A DNA stretch of 63,062 nucleotides, filler included, from Reticulomyxa filosa (taxonomy: Eukaryota > Protista > Foraminifera): assembly GCA_000512085.1 (NCBI GenBank). It is 23 parts of 23 records of this genome, joined end to end, with 100 filler letters (N's around TTAATTAATTAA, not from the genome) between each part and the next. Parts side by side here need not be neighbours in the genome. Positions count along the whole stretch, not along the records: positions 49,180 to 50,620 come from ASPP01028267.1; positions 50,721 to 51,724 come from ASPP01008581.1; positions 51,825 to 54,251 come from ASPP01007157.1; positions 54,352 to 55,352 come from ASPP01049077.1; positions 55,453 to 60,921 come from ASPP01023996.1; positions 61,022 to 63,062 come from ASPP01043254.1; 17 more parts are not named here. One strand, given 5' to 3'. Each line of letters opens with the position of its first letter. Position 1 is the first letter of the stretch. The position numbers were made by a program, and so were the translations under genes. The notes under the pieces are model-generated. The model saw only the letters and a list, made by a program, of their open reading frames with translations, made no database searches and was not told the DNA's origin. Positions 49,642 through 61,276 of the stretch are shown here, one piece after another.

Positions 49642-50025
49642 ATGTCGATGTAAATGTAAGTATATTATCTTAATACGAACATGACGATTATTTGCATTTA
49701 TTCTGAATAGCTTCATGAAAACTTTAACCGAAAAAACAATCACATTGGATGTCGAGCCCAACTACACGATCCAAGACAAGGAAGGCATTCACCCAGAGTA
49801 ACAATGGCTGGTCTTTGCTGGAAAGCAATTGAAAGATAGAAGGGCCTTAAGTGATGCAAATGTAAGTAGTTTTTATTTTCGAAAATACGCAATCTTTTAT
49901 TTGTTTGGAATATAATTATAATTACAAATATACGTATGTAGCTTTGTGAAAACCTTAACTGGGAAGACAATCACGTTGGACGTTGAATGCAATGAACGAT
50001 CAAAAATCCAAGATAATAAAGGCAG
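49642..50025 (+). pseudogene. Polyubiquitin pseudogene (two deleted monomers)
   Basis: MSM*I|[41 protein letters not shown]..LS / MQI|[15 protein letters not shown]..KIQD. Contains stops and deletions. Confidence 0.92.
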
Positions 50026-50755
50026 CTAGAACACAATGACAATAGAGACTTATGCGATTAAGCAGAAATAGTGACATTGCAAATAGCAGATTTGATAAAA
50101 GCTCTTCGTAATGTTTCGGAGTCATAAGTCTATCTGGATTGGAACAAGACTATGTAGTGTTGTTGGAGAAGGATCAAGAAAAAATGAATCGATTACAAAA
50201 AAAATATAAACATGTATCAATGATGTGAATAAATTGGAGCCAGTAATGGCAGAATTGGAATAGAAGTACAATGATTGAAAGAAAAAGCTGAGAAAGAATT
50301 TGATGACTTGGCGAACAACACTCAAAGCTATGAAAAGATTTGTTAAAAATAGATTTGTATAAAATAACAAAAAAGTGACACTTTAAAAGCAATTGGCCAT
50401 TTAAGTTTTTGCAAAACAAAGTCGAATCATGATTAATGCTTTGCCTAAGTGTATGACCAATCCAAATTAAGAGCAAAGAATCGAAAGAGTTATATTTCCA
50501 AGACCCTTTGATTGATCAAATGAAATTTGATGACACATTACAATCAGTGCGTGTTGTTTGGGACAGCAATGATCGCAGTATAACTTTGTCAAAAATCAAA
50601 GTTATTCAACCGGAATTTCANNNNNNNNNNNNNNNNNNNNNNNNNNNNNNNNNNNNNNNNNNNNTTAATTAATTAANNNNNNNNNNNNNNNNNNNNNNNN
50701 NNNNNNNNNNNNNNNNNNNNAAAAAAAAAAGAATGATGGACGATAACACCGGACT

Positions 50756-51220
50756 TTGGAATCTTTTTTTTTTTTTTTTATGTGTAAAAAATCAGAAACT
50801 GTGGCGACTTTGGACGTGTTTGGTGGCATTTTGCCCAAAGAGTTTAAGTGCAATTTGAATGAGACAATGTCATATTTGGTCGTCGATTCAGTGGATTCGA
50901 ACCACGGCAGCAATGGCAATCCATTGGGATTGATTTCGACGCAAGGCAAAGGCGAGGACGGATGCAACGTGAGCACACGCAAGCAATACAACTTCTATTC
51001 GCCGAGATATTTGCACGACCGCATCTTGCGTATCGTCGACGAGTCGTACCAATTCTATCCGACCACACAGCCACCGCTGTCCTTTCCCGATTCCATGCGA
51101 ACGTGGGCAAAAGAAGACCAAAAGAAAGACAACGAACAAGAAAATGAAAAAGACAATGATAACGCTGAGACTGAGAAGGATAAGGCCGCCAAACAAATTA
51201 AAGTTTTGTGTTTCATCAAA

Positions 51221-51277
<57 letters not shown>

Positions 51278-51644
51278 CAAAATATTAACAAAAATAAAAA
51301 AATAAAAAAATAAAAAATAGAAAGAAAAAGAAAAAGTCAAAACCAAACCTGATCGGTCCATAAAAATCATTCGGTCGAAAGATGACGTGTTTTGGAACCT
51401 GGCAGCCTATTTCCAGCTGTTTGACTTGCCCTTTGGGTTCTTGTTCGGTGGACAAAAGGAGTTTGAACAGGGACTGACCTATGTTCAAAGCAATGACAAA
51501 ACCGGCGTCCGAGCAAATAGTACCGATGTACCCACAGTCGCCAAAGAGTACTTATTGGCGGCATTGCCACATCACATTTGGTGTATTGCTCACAGAAAAG
51601 CGAAAGAAGAAGATGATGAAATGATTAAACAAGTGAACAATTAA
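50756..51644 (+). CDS. Hypothetical protein, internal exons
   Basis: Two GC-richer open stretches separated by an (ATT)n/A-rich intron (~51200-51335). No recognised domain. Confidence 0.45.
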
Positions 51645-52586
51645 TGTATACACCAAATGTGTTTCACTTTTTTTTTTAAACAAACAAACAAACAAAACAA
51701 AACAATAAATAAATAAAATAAAAANNNNNNNNNNNNNNNNNNNNNNNNNNNNNNNNNNNNNNNNNNNNTTAATTAATTAANNNNNNNNNNNNNNNNNNNN
51801 NNNNNNNNNNNNNNNNNNNNNNNNTTATTAAATCGAGTTTAAATATTTCAATGTTTCAATCAATTGTTCGTACGCACACATAAGCCGGTCCATCCGTCGA
51901 GCCACGTGATGATACACATATAGAATTTTTTTTTTTTGTACACGCCACACAGAACACACACAACTCATGAACTTGCGATTGCAATGCAGTACTCAGAGAG
52001 TGAACCACAGAAAAACTGATGACAAGAGAGAAAACAAGACAAGTGAAAGGGGCCAGGAAGAGAGCAAGATATGCCAGGACAAACAGAAAAAAAAGTGGCC
52101 ATGTTACCGAATCTTGGCTCATCCTTTATTTGTTCGGCACGTTGTTAGAGCTTTGGGTTGAAAAAAAGAGTGATTATTGTCTCAAGGATTGTTTTGGATA
52201 GAGGATATGCGAAAGAAGATATTACAGTCACCGTGTTTTTTTGTAATTTTATTATTTTTATTTCTAGTTTTCTTTCTTTTTTTTCTTGCGGGAGAAACCA
52301 AAAAAACTGGCCTTCACTGTTTTTTATTTGCTGTAGTTCAAGTTTTAGGTAACATTGTTTGTCATAAAAAAATTAACTAAAGGTTTCGGGTTAAAGCGTT
52401 ACAAAAACGTTTGCCAATAAGAAAAAGAAATTGATATAATTTTGTCGTGTTGATCTACTTTTATTTTTATTTTGCTTACTTAACTCAGTGAAATGAAAAT
52501 CGGTTTGAAGAACCGAAGCGTAGGGAAGGGGAGATAAAAGTTGAGATAAAACTAGCCCCTTTTGACAAATATATAATAGATTAATA

Positions 52587-54216
52587 ATGCGACGAATGAA
52601 TTGTGATAGGTTTTGCCATTGCTTTAGGGAGTCCCCAATGACACCTTGGGAGCGTCTAAAGTTGGGTCCGTTCCAAAAGTGGAAAAGGTATGGACTTCCG
52701 CCGTGGAAGCTATTTTTGAATGTGTTAGCGGTGATAGCGACGACAGTGTCGATATACTTGATCGAGGAGAGTTTGGCACCGTACGCGCGAGTGCAGCAGA
52801 TGAATTGGGAGAACATATTGGTGCCAAGTAGTCTGACGTACAGTGGATATGCATCGGATTACACGTACGACATTTTTACAATAAGCGATTTTATGAGCAG
52901 TTTGGAGAGCTACGTGCAGACATATTATGAGTTGCCAAATGCGACAGTAGGCAATTATGAATACATGGAAGCCGAAGAAGATAATAATAATAATAATAAT
53001 AATACAAATATACGTCCAATAAAGATGGAATTGATACGTTACAAATATCCAAGCGACTTATTCAACACGATCGATTCGAGTGTGAATACGGAGACGTATA
53101 CGTCAGTGTATGAGTTGCAAGACAAGTGGGACCTGGGTCCGTTCAACAATGAGTCAGGACGAGAAGAGGTGATCCATTCGATGGACGCGATGCATTTGAG
53201 TTTTGACGTGCAGAACATTGACGTGGAGAATGGGGACCGAGTGTGTTACGTGAATCACGTGAAGGAATCGTACAAGTATTACTATCGAGGACACGTGCAG
53301 CTGACAGTGCATCCATCGGTGTACATGTGTGGAAGCGAGTATCATAAAAATTTCGTGGAGATGCACTTTATGCCGTTGATGTTGGCACTGTTCGTGGTGA
53401 TCGTGTTTAGCATATCGTTGGAGTATTTGCACATTAAAGCGGTGATCAAACACATTGAAATCTATCAGTTGATCAAGAGACAAGCAAAAACGCGCAGACA
53501 AGAGTGGCGCAATTTGTCGTGGCGAGATAAGCTCGAGTTTTTCAATGTATGGTTCTTCGTGACGAGCATGGGCAATATTGCAAGTATCATTGGTAGCATT
53601 TGGTGCGTGCGTTTGCTATTGTTCGAAACGACATCCATTGATTTGAATCCTCCCTTTTTTTTTATCGGCATTGGCTGTATGTTTCTATGGATTTCGTTAG
53701 TGCAATATCTGGAACAGTTTCCACATTATTATTTCCTTATTCTCACACTTAAAACGTCCTCTCCTAGAGTGCTCGCCTTTGTCGTCGGCGTACTGCCCAT
53801 TTTCATTGGCTTTGCGTGCTTTGGCGTCGCCTACTTTGCCAGCTTCTCGTCACTGTTTTCGTCCATTGATCAAGCCGCCGTCACGTTGTTCTCACTTTTG
53901 AATGGAGACTCGATTCACGATGTGTTTTCTCAGATTTATTCGGCATCTCCTGTCGTCAGTCGCTTCTATCTATACATCTTCATCGCTCTCTTCATCTACG
54001 CCGTTCTCAACATCTTCATCGCCATCGTCGAAGACTCCTTCTTCGCGTCCAAACAGGCCAGTGAAAAGGAGCTCCGAGATAATCTCGATATGAAGCAGGC
54101 TGACGCCTCCGAACTCGACGTCGTCGCACTTGTGCAAGGTCCGCCCGTACCCAATCTCACACCTCCTCCTGTTTCCAAGTCTCATCTTTTCGAGCGTCAG
54201 CTGCGCGCTCAAGAGC

Positions 54217-54251
<35 letters not shown>
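52587..54251 (+). CDS. MCOLN: Mucolipin (TRPML)-family cation channel (3' partial)
   Basis: PFQKW..PPWKL, EFFNVW, GIGC..LW..VQYL..F..Y..LILTL, pore TLFSLLNGD, and SRFYLYIFIALFIYAVLNIFIAIVEDSF. Confidence 0.95.
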
Positions 54252-54539
54252 NNNNNNNNNNNNNNNNNNNNNNNNNNNNNNNNNNNNNNNNNNNNTTAAT
54301 TAATTAANNNNNNNNNNNNNNNNNNNNNNNNNNNNNNNNNNNNNNNNNNNNAATAGAAAATACAATAAATTGGAAAAGATACGAACAGAGAGGACTCATA
54401 CGGCATTGAACTGGATGAAAAATACAACAATTAAATGATGCAAGGTTTGTTATTGTTTGCCAATTGTCATTGAGATAAAAAGTAGAGGAAGACAAATAAA
54501 CAAAACAAAAATTCAATATTTGTTCTATCTTTTTTTTAA

Positions 54540-55260
54540 AAAAAAGACCTGAACGGTGGTATATTTGTGCGAAAATATATAATCAAAACGGCAATTGACA
54601 CGGACGAAGGAGAAATATATGTTATCGAGATCGGAGTGTGGATCGGAGAATCAATAAGCGCCGAGGTCGAACGAACAAAGAAATCATTGACATAGCATAC
54701 TCGCTTACCCTTCGGCATTGAACGAGTTCGGACCAAGACAACAACGAAAAAAGCGACGATAAGTCTCTTGATTGGGTGAGACTGGAATTTACCAATGGCA
54801 TGGTGGTCACAATCCGTTTCATTGATACCATGAACGGACAACGAATCTTTGAGGGAAATCGATATCGACGATGCAATACGAACTGTCTCAAAAAGATCAA
54901 AATGCTGATCGTGACACAAAGGCAACGACAAATGACAAACTCCAACTTTGATTTATAGCTCAATGATGTGTATTAAAACATGTTGACATTCCAAAAAATG
55001 TTCAAAGCACCAATTCGACAGAAAATTGCTAATTCCTCCAGTCACCGTTCATCCGATATTACAAAGGCGTGATTGGATTCAATGGAAGCTGCTGAACGAG
55101 TGTGACAATACCAAGTAGAAGCCCGAAGGGAAACTCGATCGTTGTGGAAATTGGCGCTAATTTTATGGCGCAGAACAACAATCAAAACGCAGAGATACGT
55201 AGGGACCTTTGGCCCACTCAAAAAGCAAGTTGAGCCATGGCACGCAAAAGAGCAAGAAAG
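54540..55260 (+). pseudogene. Third decayed family X fragment
   Basis: aagggaaactcgatcgttgtggaaatt (~55126-55152; KGNSIVVEI) matches KGNSVVMEI at ~23420. Many stops. Confidence 0.55.
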
Positions 55261-55481
55261 ACGACAACAACGAATATGCTTAATAATGAAAAAAAATTAA
55301 AAAAATGATGCCTTCCCTCATTGGATCATCAAGCAAAACATTGGATAATGATNNNNNNNNNNNNNNNNNNNNNNNNNNNNNNNNNNNNNNNNNNNNTTAA
55401 TTAATTAANNNNNNNNNNNNNNNNNNNNNNNNNNNNNNNNNNNNNNNNNNNNAAAAAAAAAAAAGGAGGAAAAAAAAAAGA

Positions 55482-57459
55482 ATGAAAAGGATTGAAGTGA
55501 ATGAAACACAAATGCAGATCAGTGAAACACGATATGTGGGAACAGTGTTAGAAGCAACGCGCGCAGCGATAGGGGCAATGGGACCCGGCGAACTGGAGGC
55601 TTATAAACATGGCCAATTTAATCATTATTACAAACCGCCTACGATCCGCTACCGTCCTCATGACGATCGAGATGAAACCAGCATCATTCAAATGTCACAC
55701 AAACACGAGTTAATTCATTTGGTACCCGGAGACAAAGTGTCTTTCCGTATTCAAACCAACGAACTCGATGGTATTGAAGATCATTTTGCTGTTAACGCGT
55801 GTGTGTTGGAAGAAGCATCACGCGATGAAAAAGGGATTATTCATTCATTAACTGAAAATTATGGATTCATTTCGGTATATAATTCTATGCGTATATTTTA
55901 TTGTGAGTTTTGTTACAAAAGACAGACCCCTTTTTTTTCTTCACTCCCAATACAGTTAATAGACAGACCAACTGAACGCATATTTTTCCAACTGCGAGAC
56001 TGGATCAGCTTGGACGAGTTCCCAATTGACATTGACTTAAAAGTCGAATTCAACACTTCAACTGATTTCAAAGGCAGGCCTTATGCATTCCGCGTTCGCC
56101 CGGCGGAACGAAATGAGGCGATAGATCACTCATCGGCCGCCATACGCTCAGTCTCGAACAGTCATCACAACGCAAATGAACAAAACAAAGCATACATCAA
56201 CAGATCCCAACATGAATGGCCCGAGTCCTCGAACAGGACCAATCATCCGATGGAAGGAAATGCCTCTGGCAATCGTCGTCGTGGAAGTCGCCCACCACTC
56301 CCGAATGTGCCCAGAGTTTTGCAATTGCCTGGCCAAAAACGACCAGAGTCATCACAACATCAAGGACAATACCGAGGCTCGGAGTATGATCACACAAATA
56401 ATAGAGTAAGCAATCAAAACAGGAAAAAATCACACAGCTCTGAAAAAAGAGCCAATGGAACTCAAAAAAGCCAAGACTGGGGGTCCAATCAAACCATAGC
56501 GCAGACAATGGAACATGGAGTCCAAACTGTTGTTTCTCCTAGAGAGAGACCAAGACACAAACATTCAATTGATAACTCTAGTTACTTGAGTGTTTTTTTT
56601 TTTTTTTTTTGAACAATTGCTAAATATGTTTTTTTAAAAAAAAAAAGGCAAGGATGCAACTAATACTGATGCGTCAACAAGTGATGAAACAGAAAGGAGA
56701 AGAAGTAAGCCTCCGCTCAAAACGACATCAATGAAGAGAGACGATTCTGGTGCACAATCGTCAACCCAAAAAAGACAACCTCGCAATAGCAATTCCACTA
56801 ATCAAACTTCCTCGAACATAGCTCAAGAATATAGACAACCATCATCTCGACAACACTTCAAATCGTATCAACGAAACAGTGCGGGGAAACGACGAACAGA
56901 TTATTCTTCATCGGATCAACAACTGCCGATTTCCAAAAGTAGCAATCAAAAAAGGGGATTTCGACAAAATGAATACCGCAAAAGGTATGAAGAGAGACAA
57001 CCACGATATGATGAGTATGATGATTATCGATATAGCCATTACAATGATTACAATGAGTACAATGATTATGAAAAATATAATGATTACAACGACCATAATT
57101 ACCGCCGTTCTCATTCTCGAGGTGCAGGTTAGTTCAATAAAACAAAACAAATTATACTTTCCTTTGTTTTTTATATCTTTGATAATGCTATTCATTTTAC
57201 AGAATGGGCAAATCCTTCTAATGATCGATATGATCCATATGGATATGAAGCAACGTTACGTAAATAGCTCTTCTTGCCGAATTAGAAGTAAGTATAAAAT
57301 TGTTTCTGATTTTGTTCTTTTTTTAGGAACATAAAGGAGTACAACGAATCATATAAAAGTTCCCGAAACCGAAGTCGACATTCAACTACAAACAGTAGAG
57401 CAACGTCTCATAATCTGAAATATGTGCCGAAAAACATTCCTCCTCCAGACGCAAAGTAA
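55482..57459 (+). CDS. Cold-shock/OB-fold RNA-binding protein (CSDE1/UNR-like) with disordered R/S/Y/D tail (5' partial)
   Basis: PGDKVSFRI..FAVNA, EKGIIHSLTENYGFIS|..ERIFFQL..VEFNTSTD..AFRVR. Introns at ~55874-55954, 56581-56647 and 57128-57202. Stop at 57457-57459. Confidence 0.75.
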
Positions 57460-58174
57460 CAATACTGAAAGAGTCCATCGACTTTGCCCACTTGTTTTTT
57501 TTGTTTGTTGTTTTTGTTTTTTGTTTTTCTGTTCCTGATTTTTATTAGGACATTTGAATGGATTAATGACGCTTGTAGGTGATCTATCTGGTTTTGATAC
57601 AGAAGATGTTGCGTTTCAATTTAAACAATAACAAACTTGTGGAGGTCTTGCCTTCTTTTTCCATAGTTTGAGGGCAGCGTCTCTTCATTTTGTCAGAGTT
57701 GAAACTACACTTTCAACAAGTATTCGCGATTGGACCATCTTTTTTTCATTTTGCGTTATACATTTAATCAGTATGAGCATCTTTCCCTACTCTTTTTGTT
57801 GGTTATGTGAATAAAATTGTTGCCGAAGAAAACAAACGTAATTTTAATGTGAGCGTTTCACGCATTCAGCAAAAAACAAACATACACTTTCGCTTCCACA
57901 CTCAAACACGGTTCATTGATCCACAGTTCTTTGGAAAATTATGTTTACCTTTTTGTTGTAAACACACTATTTTGAATAATAAAAAATCCTAAAAAAGCTT
58001 GTTTGAAGGAAGATTTCATTTATTGGAGATGCAATGTGTATTAATTAAAACATTTCTGTTTTCAAACGTGATTGCTTGTATTTGGCAATACACTGTTTTT
58101 GCTTGAAAGAGTGATAGAAAATTGGCAAATTGAAAATGGCTCGTTTTTAGTGAACGTAGTTTGGTTAACATAGT

Positions 58175-59631
58175 TTATTTTAGTGGTTGTTTTTCAGCAT
58201 CTTTGGGATCCATGTGCACATCATCGTCATTAACATCAACGTTTGTCTCAATATTTTTGGTTATAGCATTAAGAGCGTAAGTATCAGCAGTTTTTTTGAT
58301 AGCAGAAGCAGTAGGTACCGAATCCTTTTCATTATAATTGAATGTTGCAATAACAGTGACAACAGCTCCAATGACAAAGATCACGTCGAGCACATCCCCC
58401 AATAGAAATGACCCTACCACAGAAATGACAATTAAAGAGAAGCGCTGGCAAAGCCTTTTACAATAACGTCAGTGTATTTAATTGTCAAAGCCACGAGTAT
58501 TCCGCCGCTAGTCCACAAAAAGATCAATATGAAAGTGTTTATTGTCCAGCCCGCGAACATATGTCCTTTATCACGAATCCATTGATAGTCGAACATCAAA
58601 GAAAAAAGTCCGATTATTATCGACCAAAATGCCAATTGAGTGTTTCTGTCCCAAATGGATAACTGTGACAATAATAGTGAGCATTTATGTCACAATTTTT
58701 TTTTTTTTTGCAAATATACGTTTGAAATAAAAGATTGACAAACAAAAAAAAAAAAAAAAAAGGCATGTTTGAATGATGAAATATATGAAGAGCAAAAGAC
58801 CTCCATAGGTGTTGCGTTGTTCGGTGTGGCTTTATTTTTCAATAGCAGCTGTGTGAAGACCCCAGCTAAGCCGGAAAAACAAACAATTGTCGAAATGGCA
58901 ACTGTCCCTTTGAAAAGATTGTTTGAAGTGGAATTTCCAGATTGAATTTCAGAAGTATGACTTTCAATCAACACACCCCCGGCCATCAGCAAAAGCAAAG
59001 CACGCCATTGACGAGGCAGCAATTGCTCTCGGAGTATCAAATAGCTAAAAACAGCTGCACTCAATATTTTTAACTGTTGCAACACGGCATAGACCGGAGC
59101 AGGCAGGTTTTGCAGGGCGGTGTATTGCAGCATATTTTGAATAAAATAACACACCGCCGGTACCCATGCATAACCCGAATTTTTAATCAAAAACCATAGT
59201 TTTGTCTCCAAAGGCCATCTTTGTTTTATGTTTCATTTTCTTTTATTTGTCCTCGTTTGTTGGATGCGAAATTAATGTTGAAATTTCATTACACTTTTTT
59301 TTTAAAAAAAAGTAAACTTACCCCCCCCCCTTTACTCAACGGCTCCGAGTTTAAGCATGAATTACCCACTTTCATGTGGACACAAAAAGCAGACACCAAA
59401 AATTTGCAAATTTCTACGACCAATACAGCACTACTCGCCAGGTAATTCTCCTTCAACACTGCGCGGGAATACCTGGTCATTATGACTGTGGTAGCATTCT
59501 GTCAGCAAGCAACTTCTTGTCCATTCCCAGTTTATCAAAAATAAAGCGGATATATTGTTATTAACTTGAATAATCAATAAAACAAGGACAAAGAGCTTTT
59601 GTGAATTAGTCACTTCGTCTTGCTGCGGCAT
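58175..59631 (-). CDS. SLC35A-type nucleotide-sugar transporter (UDP-Gal/CMP-Sia family); one apparent frameshift
   Basis: VPAVCYFIQNML, YAVLQQLKILSAAVFS, QWRAL, SGLAGV, SIWDRNTQL and GGILVA..IKYTD.IVKGFA. A 1-nt loss at ~58440. Confidence 0.92.
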
Positions 59632-60311
59632 GACCCAAGGAGTTTCTGTCAAAAAAAGTCTCCAACTTTCCAGAAACACACCAAACAGATGTACGACAAT
59701 CATAAACGACATAAAATGTTACAATTTGTAAGAATAAGCTTTTCTGCTATTACGTTACTTGATAAGTTTACTTTATTGTACATTTTTCAATAGATTTTGG
59801 ACACTTTTGTGGTCCATTGCATAACTATGGAATAGTCTTATTTTAACTGATGATTTGAGTGAGCAGACATAAGTTCTTATCTTGTTACAAAAGCGAATAA
59901 AGGCAGCATCTCTTTAGTGAACAAGGTTTACCTTTTTTAATCAGATAAATTAATGCATAGTTTAAAAATTTGGGGTAACTTTATCGTGTACTTGTAAGTT
60001 TTGCCGCTGCAGCTAGCGTGTGGAAACTTTGTCTCGGAGTCGTGAACGTTCAGGAGTGTTTTTTTTCAATAATTAATCACAAAAAATTATGAATGTATCG
60101 TTTTGCACGCTTTGATTGTTGTTCATAATTTTTCTTGTCGCTCTTGATTTTTCTAACGTATGCATTTCCTTTGCGTTGATCTTTGACAAGAAGAAAATTG
60201 GGAAAAAAAGGGGGGGAGGAGAGTGGAGGGTGGAAAACAGCAAAGAAATAAGAAATGAACAAATAAACAAAACAAACAAACAAACAAACAATAATAAATA
60301 AATAAATAAAA

Positions 60312-60830
60312 ATGAAAATAAAAGTGGGAAGAGAAGTAATGTCTAACATAACATATGAAAATATACCTGTTTGTACGCAATTGTACAAGTTTCCATACAT
60401 ATTTCCAAAAAACCCGGAAGATGGATTGGTATTTTACAGTTCACTGTTGGCACTGACATTATGTGTGTTATGTTATGTACTATACAAAATTCGAAAGCAG
60501 CGGCAATTATTGCAAAAAGGAGAAATCCGAACAATGAAAGGATATTTATTACCGATCTACAAGATCTTTTTATATTGTTGTGTGATAGTGTATGGAATTA
60601 AAGCAATAGATATAGCGATCGCGTTTATAATTTACAAACAGCGATTCCAAACTGGAATGCCACTAGCGTTTGCAATATTTCACGCGACAAGTTTTTGGAC
60701 CAGCGAGTTTTGGTTATTTGATTTATTGTTATTTTTTAGTAAGTAATAGTCATGGAATGATTACCATTCGAAGGGCACTTTGGTTTTCAACTCTGCTTTG
60801 GATTGGAAATATCGTTGCCATTACATTAGG
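60312..60830 (+). CDS. Multi-pass membrane protein, N-terminal exon (loosely TPRA1/7TM-like)
   Basis: Four hydrophobic segments. A frame slip in the T-run at 60732-60737 joins to LVSNSHGMITIRRALWF. Donor near 60830, then a gap. Confidence 0.45.
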
Positions 60831-60883
60831 TATTTTTTTATCTTTGTATTCTTTGAATGTAATATATTGCCCTTGCTTTTCAT

Positions 60884-60920
<37 letters not shown>

Positions 60921-61021
60921 TNNNNNNNNNNNNNNNNNNNNNNNNNNNNNNNNNNNNNNNNNNNNTTAATTAATTAANNNNNNNNNNNNNNNNNNNNNNN
61001 NNNNNNNNNNNNNNNNNNNNN

Positions 61022-61276
61022 ACTGTTGTTCATGAAGCAGCAAAATCAGGAAACTTGTCACAATTGAAATTGATATTGCAAAATCATCCTGATATTGATA
61101 TAAATTATTCATGTAATGAACATCGACAAACTCCATTACATTTGGCAATCAATCATCAACAATGGGATGTTGCTTGTTATTGCATTAAACAAAGTGCATA
61201 TATTGATATCAAAGAGGGCGCTGTCAATTCTCTCATTTTAGGAACTCCTTTTGAAAATATCAAAAATTCATTATGA
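61022..61276 (+). CDS. Ankyrin-repeat fragment (5' partial)
   Basis: TVVHEAAKSGNLSQLKLIL..DIN...QTPLHLAINHQQWDVACYCI..AYID. Confidence 0.8.
   Translation, partial: TVVHEAAKSGNLSQLKLILQNHPDIDINYSCNEHRQTPLHLAINHQQWDVACYCIKQSAYIDIKEGAVNSLILGTPFENIKNSL

Noticed and set aside
3100-61021. Recurrent TTAATTAATTAA palindrome as a biological repeat or CRISPR-like array
   Set aside because: It is always centred in exactly 44+44 Ns, so it is an assembly spacer with six-frame stops. ORFs ending in X...LIN are artefacts.
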